Shown one piece after another: positions 1 through 12,400 of a stretch of 64,000 nucleotides of DNA. The notes under the pieces are model-generated. The model was not told where the DNA came from. It made no database searches and saw nothing but the letters and a program-made list of their open reading frames with translations. Within the stretch, counting starts at the first letter, position 1. The number at the start of each line of letters is the position of its first letter. The position numbers were made by a program, and so were the translations under genes. The stretch comes from Amphiscolops sp. MND2022 (lineage: Eukaryota), in the NCBI GenBank assembly GCA_964187785.1, contig OZ076409.1, positions 30,630,001 to 30,694,000 on the forward strand, written 5' to 3'.

Positions 1-1848
1 TCCACCTCAATTCTCAACTCAAATTCACACTCATAATTTTCCTCAACAAGGCTCTTCTAATACACAACACACTAATACATGCATTTTCAAACACCAACTC
101 CACCATCACCTCCTGAAATACAAACTTCAACTTATACTCCAGCTCAAAGTAATCCAGTACAAAATGTACAAACTAGTTTAAATATTAACACTATTCATTC
201 AAACCCACCTTTCAATTACACAACTTCTAGACATCTTTCTAGACCTCCGTTGCAACCCATATTAACTAATCCATTATCATACAATGTTACAAGCACAAAC
301 TTGAGTCATACACAACAATCTTCGACAAACAATAACCGACCCAATTCCTTAAATACTTTTCCTCCTCCACAAACGTCTAATACAATCACACCTATAATAC
401 AAAACTCACAATTCCAAATACCAAACCCTCCTTCAACAAATATTAGAACTAATCCCCACTTTCATAATACACCTACCACCTCTTTTACAAAAATTTCAAA
501 TGTTCCTACATACACTACAGTACCACCAACTACAACATCTCAAAGTACCATTTCACAACCGACATATATAAACTCTTCTACTTCAATATGAGAACCTTTA
601 AAACCTTTTGATGGCTTAGATCATACTTATATACCTGAAGAATTTTTACAACATATTGAAGCACGTGTCACGATTTTCTTAGGATTACAACCAACTTCTG
701 AACATGAATATAAATTCTAGCACGCCCGTCGCATGGCTTTTATACAATGTTCCTTAACAGGCACGGCTCTTAGTTGGTACATTCGTTTAAATGATACTTA
801 TAAACAAGATTGGCACGCTTTCGTACAAGCTTCCAAAAAACAATTCTCGTCTCAAAAGAACGCTTACTATGCTCAAGTTGAAGCCCTTAACCTCTCAAAA
901 AAAGACAATGAAACGGTACGTCATTTTGCACTTAAAGTTCAACAGCTGGTTGAAAAAGGCAGGTGTAATGAGAATGCATCTACCATCAATCTCAAATGTA
1001 ATGAAATGTTTACAAAAGGACTCCCAAAAAACCTCAAAGACTTTGCAAGCAAAAGACAAGTAAAACACACTTCTACTGTCTTAGAAGCTTCTATTCCTTT
1101 TCATACATTAGTAAATTTTGTTGATGCTGAAGATATTGCAAATGACAAAATTAGAACACATGATCTTGCACTTGAAGTCAATAACATTACGAAACAATTA
1201 CACACCCAAATTCTTGAACCTTCATCACAAGAACAACTTGTGTTTACCCAACCAAAAGACCCAAATAACAAAAATAAAACTTGCATATAAAAAATATTGT
1301 TCATATTGTCACAGAACAAATCACTCCATCTCTGCTTGTTTCAAAAAAAAACGAGAGGATGAAGACAAACGAGATTCATAAGCTCGATCAAAGTCTCCAC
1401 AAAAATCATTTGTACAGTACTTCCGTTCCCCTTCTAATGAAAGAACAAAACATTATGATAATCGATATAGAAGTCGAAGTATCTCACGTAACAACTCTCA
1501 CAACAAGACCTATTCACAAAATTGATACCGTTCTACATCTAGAGATAGATTTAGCTATGACAAAAGTACTACTCCTCCACAATACTCTAGATCACGATAT
1601 GATACTTATAAACGCGATCCACGGTCTTATCGCTCTCCATCCAGATCTTCGTATAGATCTCCTTATAGACACAACTCTCGCCCTAGATATAGATCACGCT
1701 CCTATTAAAGAGACAATAATTTTACAAAATACACAAATTCATACAGACCACCCTTTAGACCAAGAGATTCTAGATTTTCTAGATCCCGTTCACACTCCAA
1801 TTCTAGAAACAAATCAAATCGATACAACCACAAGACCAATTTGAACCT
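1..1848 (+). pseudogene. gag: gag remnant: Pro/Ser/Thr-rich N-terminus, retrotransposon gag core, CCHC knuckle, Arg/Ser-rich region
   Basis: SLTGTALSWY core (733-1290), YCSYCHRTNHSISAC knuckle near 1295-1340, in-frame stops and frameshifts. Confidence 0.85.
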
Positions 1849-4740
1849 ATGAAATTTGAAGTACACATGTATCACCCAACGGCAATGGCAAATGCTGTTA
1901 CATCTACAAGTTGGTTTCATACTCTATATGTTCATACACCATCAAGTATAACAAAAAGAGATAACCCATCCAGACTTGAAATTGCATTCCTTTTAGATAT
2001 CGGTGCTTTCATCTCTGTGTTAAGTTACCCAGCATACATAACTCTTACAAAACTCTTAGATATCAGACCAAATCATACTTCTGACATTGGACTAAATCAC
2101 ACTTCAAAAACTTTAACTGTTGCAAATCAAACCGAAGTCCCTATTTTACATTATGCCAATAAAATTTTAAACACCACTACTGACGATAATTCTCGTTACG
2201 TTTCAGTACCTTTAGCAGTAGCTGATATCAAATACAATATCCTTGGTACACCCTTCTTTGAAGACAAAATACAGAATATAAACATACAAGATTTTACTCT
2301 AGAAATTAAATACCAATCGAAAACACACCCAAGTTATGCAAAATTCACAATCTCCTATCTAAAGACTACCCATCTTTTTCATACATTTACAAAATCAACT
2401 CTAAGACTCAAATACGTTCAAAACCCAAGTCTTCAAAAATTGCACACTTTCCAGTAAAAAAATATCATAATCTTCATTTTACAACCACACCACAAAATCA
2501 CTTCTTTCCTTCAGTACCACACACCTATTTTGCTACCAAATTTCGTACAAGTTTCAATTTTATTGAAGTATTCACAGATAACAAGCCAGACATTTGTGCA
2601 ACTATTATTCAGAGCACCTCCAAACATGTTGCAACATTACCTACAGGACATTTTGGATATATCGAAGTTCCAATTACAAATGAAAAACCTAAATTTTTCC
2701 AAATCAACGATATTAACACTTTAATACATAATGTTACTCATACATACCATCCTGAAATAACTGAACCAGTTCCACAAACCAATTATATTATACACTATGA
2801 TGATCCTACAACTCCCCCTCCTCAATTTTCATTACATCAAGTTTATTTGACACATTCTGACATACCATATCAAACTTCACCTTTATATAACGTCCAACCT
2901 ACTTCTCACACTTCTGAAAAACGCAATTTTCATTCTTTACCATATACTTCTGAAAATCTGAAATTCATCAACAATTTTAATTTCCAAGTCTCTGACCTTA
3001 CAGACACTGAGTACATTACCCTTTGGAATATGTTACCTAAATACAAAACATGTTATGCCACTCATAAGAACGATGTTGGTAAAATATCGACTCCCTTTCG
3101 TATTAGACTTAAACCCAATGCTCAACTTACGACACAACGTCTTTCTAAAGTCCCTATTCACTATAGAGACAAACTTAATGCACTTTCTAAAGAATTAGAA
3201 AAATGTAACATTATAAAACAAATTGGTTTTTCTCCACAAGACAAACCAGTCTATGGTACAACTTATTTAAATCCTCCCATCATAATCCCCAAAGGAGACA
3301 CAATAAAATTTGTATTAGACGCTCGCCACCTTAACTCAAATACAGAACAATCTGATGAATCTTGGCCTATTGAACCTCTCACTCCACAATTAGCAAGAGG
3401 AAACAAAAAGTACAAATCTGCAATTGATCATATGTACGCCTATGCACATACACCCCCTGATGAAGACACTAGTAAACCTACCAGTTTCTCCTCAGGAGAT
3501 AAACTCTTTGCTTTCATAAAAAGTTTCTATGGTCTTAAAGGACTTCCAAGTTTTTTTTAACAAAACAAATGTCTACTTTCTTTAAAACTCTTATTGAACA
3601 AGGTTTTGCCCTTGTCTACATTGACGATATCTTGCTTTTATCTGACTCTGAAGAACACATGTTCCAACTCGTCGAACAATTACACGTTATCAGTACAAAA
3701 AACAATCTTAAACTAGCCCCTGAAAAATCCTTTTTCATGCTTTTTAAAGACAATTTTCTTGGACATGAAATTGGTTACAATACAATTAAACCAATTCACT
3801 CAAAAATCGCAGCTATTCAAAAAATTCCTTCTCCTACTGGCAAAGTTGCTTTAATGAGTTTCATTGGCGCACTCAACTTTTACACCAAATTTATTGAAAA
3901 ACTACATATTAACCTTAAACCGTTTTACGATCTTTTACATGAGAACACTCCATGGAAATGGACAGATGAACATGAACGTCTTTTTCATAAACTAAAACTG
4001 TCTCTCACTTCTGAAACAGAACTTACAATACCAAATACAAAACACCAATTTTTATCACAGTTGATGCTTCCTTTATTGGATTAGGCGCTGTCCACTTCCA
4101 GTTAAATGACCATAACAAAATGAAAGTTGTATCGTACAACTCTCGTATACTCAACCCACAAGAACAAAAACTTTCAACGCTCGACCGAGAACTTCTTGGT
4201 ATAGTACACGCTCTTCAAATTTATGAATTTCTTAACATTGGTTCTCCCCATCCAATACATATTTATACTGATCGCAAACCTCTCTTACATTGTTTCACAA
4301 AAAAGGGTAACCTTAGTCCTCATTTCTATAGAGCTCAAATGCAATTAACCAAAATTTTCAAAATCAGAATAATCCACACTCCTGGAAAAAACCTTTCTGT
4401 TGCTGACATGTTAAGCCGATCTTTTACAAAAGCTGAATTACAACTAAACCAATTGAAACACAAACAACTTCCACCACTAATTGATTTTGCACTCTTACAA
4501 AACGGCACTCTTAAACATGTACATTACTTAATTAAACATGAAGAAATCTTACCTCACCAAAAACATGACTCTCACCCAATTGTTGCTGATTATGGTACAG
4601 ACCAATTTCCTATTCGTATTAACGATAAAGGAAACGACATTGTTGTCAAACCTTTACATTTTTCTCATTTAAATCTGTAACTCCTTTTCAAACGAAATTC
4701 AAAACACCCATTAAAAAGAACAACAAAACCCTTCATCAAC
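1849..4740 (+). pseudogene. pol: pol remnant: aspartic protease, reverse transcriptase, RNase H; no integrase
   Basis: LLDIGA (LLDSGA in D), VYIDDILL, DRELLGIV/IYTD/VADMLSR motifs across frameshifted ORFs 1849-2457, 2847-3560, 3569-4084, 4120-4680. Confidence 0.92.
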
Positions 4741-6535
4741 GTCTTGAACGTCTCTCCTTAGCTTTTTGCTTGCTAGTAGAAGGCATTGAAGAATGACTCA
4801 ACGTAGCAACAATGAATTAACTAATTGTCTCGGATAATAGCTTCGAAGCTAAACAGCAAGTACAACAGGTACGTGAAACAAAGTCAAAGATAGATCAAAT
4901 AAGTAGCAGTTCGTTCGTATGAATTGTGATTGAGTTCGCACAAGATTGAAAAAACGGTCCAATTGTTTCTCCTATATATAGTATTCACAGCATGACAAGC
5001 GAAATTATGATGGTCATGTTACTAAAAATAGCATCATTACAAGACACAACTTTCAAAGTGCGCGTAAATTTACGTGTCTAAAATGCATAAGTATTCCTTA
5101 TAAGCCAATTTGTATTGAAGTATAAGTCTTACTGATACTTTTTGCACTTGTTAATACTTGGGAAATGTATCAAGTTTCCTTATATCTAACTGTTTTCAGG
5201 ATTCCTTATAAACTGTATACTAAGGACTCAAAAATTTTTCCCCCATTTTATAAGTTTTACTAATAACCAAAATAAGTATTCTTGATACTTTGTCTTAATA
5301 ATCCTAATGCGCTTGAAATTTACATGCGTTTTTATTAGGATTACTAAAGATTAGTATAAGAAATCCTATTTGTGTATAATGAATCCTTTTTGTGTATAAG
5401 AAATACTGTTTGTCTATATGTTATCCGCGGAAATAATATAACTTATACTTGACACTAGTATAAGAAATCCTCATAATGGGGTTATTTATTAGAAATCCTA
5501 ATAAGTCGCATTAGGTTTTTTGATAGCAGGTATATAAAATCCTCCGTTTTCACCAAATATTAAAAATCCTTAAATTTTCGAAAAAGTTAAAACATACAAA
5601 TAGGTAATAATAATACAAAAAATAATACATTAGGGGCCAGTGAAAATTCCTTTGTGGAGCATTTAAGGATATTTAATAAACTTTTGAGGTTCGTGAAAGT
5701 TGTGTCTTGTAATGATCTGGGTTGTTTTAGGTTTCATGACGTCAGCGTTGCATTATTTTCTAAGCGTCTAAATATAGCATCAAAGCGGGACTGGGGAGCG
5801 GGAAGGTAGCCTGGTTTCAGGTTTGGCATGAGATATGAAAGTCCTAAAAATAGATTGGCTACATGTTTTATCTAAATAACAGATGTCATCTAAATATTTT
5901 GATGTACAATCAATTAGCTAATAATTTCATAACGGACTTAAAGTCCAAATAACTACATCATGCTAGGTACAATAGCTTGTTGAATAAATACATCCGTTGT
6001 GGACCTTAGGTCCGCACAGCTACAGCATCATATATTTTATTTGCCGGTGTGGCAGTAAATAGTACTATAGCAGACTTGTGGTCTGCGCGGCTACAGCAAG
6101 TGTACATAGTACAGCGCTGTGATTGGTCAATTAGATTGGGACGGTGTGTAAACCGAGCGTTAACAAAAGTTCATTTGAACTCGTTTCCTTATTGCGTTTA
6201 ATTGCAAGCTTACAGTACAGCTAATTTACATTCAGTTTATAACACTGCTGCATCTTTCAATCAACTAAACAGGCACAGGACTTTACTAATCAATTAAACA
6301 ATTAGCCCCGTAGATTACTATTAGCATTGTGGCCGTGTGGACTGCAAGTCCTTTATGGAGAAATTATAAGATAAGAACAATAAAATGAAAATCAGTTGTA
6401 GTTTTAAAGTAACTTGGGTATTAATCCCTACATAGGGAGTACTCCGGGTAAGGGGTTGATTCTTGAACGTTCTTGGGGAATTTGATAGTAATTCCCGTCG
6501 CAGGCGGCAGCCTGCGACAGGTATGCAATGCGACA
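4741..6535 (-). mobile_element. Probable truncated LTR of a Gypsy family with element-B-like layout
   Basis: Ends in TGCGACA (B LTR ends TGTGACA); TATATA near 4975; minus-strand ATG at 4786 gives MPSTSKQKAKERRSR, similar in position and character to the LTR-encoded Gag start MPERSSKRKARR of B. Confidence 0.5.
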
Positions 6536-6852
6536 GTCATTGTCTTCAGAAGAGGAACTCGTGAAAGACACGAGGCAAGATCAAAAGATGGAGAAGTGAA
6601 GAGATGAAGTGGAAAAAGAAATTGAAAAAATGAGGGAACTCACAGCGATTGAAATACACAACCGGAATGGAAGATGCCGGAACAGAAGGAATATGAGATG
6701 TGTTTACCTAGATTTTGAGGAAGTTTTGATGAGAAACCAAAGGTCGATTCATTCTTGGTCGAGAATGATTGTTGACTTATTGAGTTTTGATAAATGTATA
6801 GGAGTTTTGGTGATACGATAAAATGAATTGAAGACAGTTTTCTTGTGGGAAG

Positions 6853-8742
6853 TGTGTTGACCGTGATTTAGACGTAAATCATTCGGTTCAACTGCTCCGG
6901 GTCTAAAACACGTATTCTCTAAGTCTTCATCATCGGGATCGTGGTGTGCGTTGTAGGACGGTTTTTCTGCTAGAGTGTCTATCTTGGAGGCTAGGTTCTC
7001 TATCATTTTCAAAATCTCGCGCTGTCCAACTTCCGTGTCCTTAAATCTTTTGCTGACGGACTTTTCTATCTTTTCGGATAACTCATTGAAGTCCTTGTCA
7101 GACAAGCAAGGGGTATTCTCAGTCCTCGTGCTGGAGGACTCAGGTTCGTCTATTGAATTCACTGGGGAAGTCTCGCCTAGCTTTCCTTTTCGAGCTCCTT
7201 TCGGGCATCTTGTTCAAGTTTAAGTTCTCAATTTTCTTTAGAAGAAGTTTAAGTAGAATCTTAAGCAAAGAAATTTGAAGTTTTGAAACTTTCAATTATT
7301 TTCAACAAAAGACAATTGCTTGCGATAAACGACAAAATTTGACTAAAAATGGCCTCTTGGTCCCATCATATTTATACCTTCCGATAGAGGAAGCAAGGAA
7401 AAGACACGCACATACTTCACACTTCGTTCAGCCCGGCGTCCATCCGAGGCAGGGAAACCGGAAATTCAGTTCCGCTTAGTCGAACTCAGGCTTTCAGTTT
7501 GTTCATGCTTCCCGGGGAAAGCAAGCGTCCACTTCCGGCCTGAGTTGCGACTTCGCTTTCCTTCCTCTCCAATCTCCCGCCTCTTCGAGACGCCGAACTG
7601 AACAACTAGCAAAACACACGCTGTGACTCATCAAATGAAGTTAACAAACTGCACTAAATTTGGGAAGAAACGATGACAGTCAAATTCCTTTTACAGATAT
7701 TCTCTAATTAAAATAAATTAGCAACGAAATGAGAGAAATTAAATGGAAAACGTATGATAAACTGCAAAAGGGAGAGTAGAATCTTTTCTACGGTGTATTT
7801 GGTGATGTTTTAAATAAAACGGCAAAGCCTGGTCCCAGGCCATGGTCCTGGACGGACAAATTGGTTCAACAAAATACAGTGATTATAAACAGTGCACAGC
7901 ATCAGAGACATTATTTTATGGAATAATAAATGCAATTAAACGGTAACGTGTTTAGAAAATGGTATATGCATGCAATTAACCCTTGGTTTGCATTTTGACA
8001 TTGAGCCTTTGGCTCAGGCCACGGTTCAGGCTTATTTACTGATTAGACGCCATTTACATGTAAAAGTACATTGTATGTAATATTCCAATCAACAATATTA
8101 TTTAGGATCATTAGTGATAGCTATTAGAGTTATTTCGAAACAAAGTTACATATTAGCATCGACAATTTCTAATTTTACGGACAGTTCGCTGTATTTTCAT
8201 TCTCAGGCCGCGTCTCAGGCCGCGGTCTAAAATATTGCAATGAATTGGCGCGGGAATCTCAATTATTGGTATATATACAAAACTGCACTGTCGATGAAGC
8301 ACTGCATTAGCCATTAGTTTGTATACATGTATTCACTGTAAGGGAATGCTTGTGTATTGGTTTACAAATCTCAGGCCGCCTGCCAGGCCACCGCTTTAGT
8401 GAGCGCATTTGAGGCCGGCCGCCAGGCCGCAGTTCCGTTCAAGAATTGATTGACTGCTTGTCAGGTTGAGTGTTTTACGTAGTATTGATATTAGCACTAT
8501 ATTATTAACATTATTAACTGCACTTTAGCTCCGTTATTCGTAAGTACGTATTTAAATAAGTGTACATTAATATAGTAATATTAATATATATTTATTTATT
8601 TAATTGTTTCAAATTTAGCGCCTCTGTTTCTAATTGTCCCTTTGTTGTTTCTTTCTTGTTCTTTTCTCTCTTTTCCCAATTTATTCTTTGAAGACTGGGT
8701 TACACACGTTGCAGTACTCACAGCTTATGCGGGGCTGTGACA
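6853..8742 (-). repeat. 3' LTR of element B (1890 bp)
   Basis: TGTGTTGACC...CTGTGACA, near-identical to 20450-22338, adjacent to PPT. Confidence 0.96.
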
Positions 8743-9217
8743 GTCCTCGGCTTCTTTGCCCAGTTCCCTCTGGAAGAAGAAATTGGGAAATGGATCGGAT
8801 CGGGGTGTCGAACAAGGTGGGTAAGTCATCTCTCATTGAGTCATAAGAGCGCCAAGTGGAAATGCTGGACCAACTACTGCCTGACCAGTATCCTTCGGAG
8901 CTGCTCTCGGTCTCGCTGACCGGGCTTATAAATGCGTCGTCAGGTATGACCGGGCTTATAAATGCGTCGTCAGGTATGACCGGGTTTTCAGTCGTGAAGC
9001 CTTCATTTATCATCTGTGGTAATTGGCTGTCGTGTACCAAGACGATGTGCTGGTCTTCGGTTTTAATGATTTCGTAAATAGTAGGACAGCGTGCAGGATT
9101 AATTAGCTGATAATTAGGCGGCGGTGTACCTGGCCTTTGATTGGGTTGCTGCTGTTCATCTCTGTCGAGAATAAAAACATTTTCGTTTATTTGGCTGCTT
9201 GAGTTTGCGTGATTCAT
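8681..9217 (-). CDS. Putative accessory sense ORF (178 aa) crossing the PPT into the 3' LTR
   Basis: ATG-initiated open frame, in-frame 30-bp duplication, TATATA ~125 bp upstream; no recognised domain. Confidence 0.45.
   Translation of the reverse strand: MNHANSSSQINENVFILDRDEQQQPNQRPGTPPPNYQLINPARCPTIYEIIKTEDQHIVLVHDSQLPQMINEGFTTENPVIPDDAFISPVIPDDAFISPVSETESSSEGYWSGSSWSSISTWRSYDSMRDDLPTLFDTPIRSISQFLLPEGTGQRSRGLSQPRISCEYCNVCNPVFKE
8743..8761 (-). promoter_or_regulatory. Polypurine tract of element B
   Basis: Minus strand GGGCAAAGAAGCCGAGGAC abuts the 3' LTR. Confidence 0.7.
8917..8984. repeat. 30-bp tandem duplication (2.3 copies)
   Basis: TGACCGGGCTTATAAATGCGTCGTCAGGTA x2 plus TGACCGGG; encodes PVIPDDAFIS x2 on the minus strand. 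Confidence 0.95.
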
Positions 9218-9435
9218 TGTAGTGTCAACTAAGCGTCAGTCAATTTTGTAGTACAACTGATTTGCTCCGCTTGGAAGATTCGTTCACACGGTTCGTGTTA
9301 ACTCCATGAATTGTTCAGCTGGCAGACTGAACAACTCTCCTTATATAGTAGATAACTTTTGATATTAGTAATTCCTTGTTTTACGCCACATCTTCTTTGA
9401 TTTTATGCTGATTGCTATTTTTAGATTGTTTGAGA

Positions 9436-12400
9436 ATGAGTTCGACTGAAGAGGATAATGTCCTTCAGCGTCAAAGTCGAGGAGCTGGTTTTATGGAGAG
9501 TGAGTTGGAGTCTGAGTCTGTCGGTGGGTCCATCATTCGAGGTGAAAAAGAAGTTACTGGTAGTGGTGATCAGGATGAGAATGAGGAGGCTGGTGTCAGT
9601 GCTGCTGGTTCAAAAATACGTGGGTTCGGCGAGAAAGATGTGGATGATGACGAGGCCGAGTGTCCCGAGGAGACTGGATCTGTTCATTCGGATAGCAGTG
9701 ATGCCCGTCATGAACTTGACTATCTTGCCAATAAGAAAGGTAAACTTTTCTAGAAATTGATAGGTGGCCAGCCTTTTCTAGGTGTCTGCGAACGCGTTCT
9801 TTTGATCTCTACTTTGTATTTAGTGTCTGATGATGAATCTGATGACGATTATCGCCCTTCCGCTAGTACCCAATCTCAGGGCAAGAAGAAGCGTCGTGCC
9901 AGTCGTGTGCCTTCGGTCGGGAGTGTGGGGCCTTCCAGACGGGTAAAGTTGTCCGATATAATCTCTGGGACTATGCCTGTGCCGCCCACACTGCGTGACA
10001 GTTCTGGGAACGAGTGTGAGTCACCTGTCATCAGCGCATCCAAGACTCTTGAAAGTAGGTATTCTTTCTTCTTTCTTTGTATGGCGTTAGGAATTTTATG
10101 GGTGTGTGGTTTTGTGCTTTTGTCCATATTATTCCTCTGGTTGTGCACTAATTGTGATGTTATAGTCGTTGATCCTGGGTCTCAGGCAGTACCGGCGACA
10201 TCGGAGGAGAGTGATGTCTTTGTCTGTGATCCGTCGCAGGAAACCCCGGCTGCAGAGAGTGAGGCTGTGTCCGTGTTACCTGATTCTGGGGCTCGTTTTG
10301 AGAGGAGACAGCACTATCGTCCAGCAGTTGGCCTGGAGCCGTCCACCATCCACAATGAATGGGAAAAAGGTATGTGTATTTGGTTTGTGTTCTTCCATAC
10401 TCTGGTACTGGTGGTTTTATTGTTGGATGTTATCTGTCATTCTCCTGTGAGGAGGGGGGGTTTCTTCATTTGTTAGTTGTATGGTAAGGTTTTCTCTTCT
10501 GTTTAGCTGGATTAGAGTCTGTGCCTTCTGGGTCTCCAGTCATTATGTCTGCCGCACAGTGTGTGATGTTCGCTCGATGTGCTGCCCGGAGCGAACGGAC
10601 TGAAGCCATGAAAGAGACGAAGAGTTTGTCTAAACGTAAGTTGTTGTCTGTAACTCTTTTTATCTGCTATTCTATGAACTGTTTTGTCTGTGTTTTCCGT
10701 TTGGTCTGTCCTTTTACTGCTGTTTGTTTTCGGGTTTGATTTGATTTCCAGTTGTTGTGGAGAGTGTTGTGTTTTAGAATTCGAGGAGTTGTCACGGCTG
10801 TTGAAGGCAAAAGGCATTGATGCCAATGATCCTAGTCGTGTGCTAGATCCCATTGAAGTACGGAAGGAAAAACTGTTAGCCCGCGACGAGGAAAAGGCGA
10901 AACGGCAGTCTGAGCGTCATGTCCTGACAAAGGCTATGTGCCATCATGCCCTCCCGCGTTTGTTCGTGAGTCGCCGCAGTGACAAGAATCCCAACGGGTT
11001 CAACTGTGCCATCTGCCGCAAGGATGTCTCCTTTCTGTCCCGGGGTCCTCGGGGTATTTGGCGGCATTTCAAATGCAAGGGGCATTACTTGAAAGACCGG
11101 AGATATCGTTACGACCATGAGGACGTTATCTTCACAGAAGATTTTGACGCGATTCCCGTGGGTGAGATATCTGCAGAGTTGCGGGAAGAAATTGAGAAGA
11201 CGCCCCCTGTTACGCTCGGCAAAATGAACCCTTTCCTTGAGGACGAGGTGGATGCACTGGTTGGCGTCCCGTCCAATGTGCCACCTTCGACGCTTGTGGG
11301 TTGTCTTCTGGAGCTTCTTAGGAGTGGCGGTTCGCAAGTGTTCTTACGCCGCTTGTGGAACCAGTTTAGAACCACTCTGCCGGTCGAGAGCCCGTACGCT
11401 TCTGTTACCTGGAGCAAAACTGAGACTCTTGTGGTGTTGGTGCAGACACTGTATCCACGTGTGCTGAAACGTGTGAGGACGTGGCTGGGAGACAGTCCCT
11501 TTAGCCTGGTACTACAGCAGTCCTGTTCCAGTGTGAGATGTTTTGTTCGGTGTTGCACAGATGACTCGACCCGTGAGATTTGTATCGCTGATGAAGATCA
11601 GGCTGCTGTTTCCTGTGAATCCGAAATTCAATGCTTGTCTCGTGCCTTATCGTTGGTGTCAACTCGTCGTGGACCCGTCTCTGTTGAAAATTGTTCTCCT
11701 GTTCTTTTCAACGCCTACGTCGATTGGTGTCGAGCAGTCGGGCGGCCTGTGCCTCTAGTTGCTGTGTCTTTTGATGGTGATCTGTTGCGGCGTATCGTGA
11801 ACGAGGCTGGTCTGTCATGTGTGGGATCAGTGGATGCCTTCGCTGTGGTTGAGTATCTTGTGCAGCGTTTGAAGAGGGTCCGCCATCAGGCCTGGCTCCT
11901 GAATCTGCCCCAATTCCGTCTCTGCCTGGATAGTGGTGTAGTGCCATTTGCTGTTCTCTGTGATGTTCTGGAGGAGTTGTTGTCAAATTGGTCGGATATA
12001 AAGATTTGTCTTGCTAATGATATGCTGCTGATGAAGAAGTCCATTAATGTGGTGGATCTTGATTCTTTGCTGTGTTCGGACCGATTGGGACTGCCGCGTC
12101 TCGCCTTGTTGCATGTGGTATTGCTGTGTTTCCGGACTAACTGTGCGAAGCTATTTGATCCATCAGTTAGGGATTATGCCTGCAGGAACTTCGTTGACTT
12201 CTGTTTTTTCTACTGGAGTCTGCTGAGTAAGGTCAAGAAGGTGGGTCAGTTGCCTTCAATTGATTGTTGGTCTGAGTATATCGACCAGCCCTTGACAAAT
12301 TGGCCCAACGTTGCTGCTGGTGAGTGTCTCCAAGGAGAGCCTAGTATCCTAAAGGCTCTGCGTGGGTTTGACGTTACGCCTCGACGAGCTTTCTTGAAGG

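Larger units (their letters stand above)
1..4740 (+). mobile_element. Degenerate Ty3/Gypsy LTR retrotransposon fragment (element A), starts before the window, truncated after RNase H
   Basis: Broken ORFs in gag-PR-RT-RH order, colinear with intact element D; similarity to D stops abruptly at ~4740. Confidence 0.93.

Noticed and set aside
10055..10165. Transmembrane segment in ORF 9757-10476
   Set aside because: It is read-through of a T-rich 111-bp GT-AG intron with a CACTAAT branch-like site
10684..10777. Signal peptide making the 836-aa ORF an env gene
   Set aside because: The hydrophobic start lies within predicted intron 10636-10777; the ORF is antisense and has a zinc finger rather than env features
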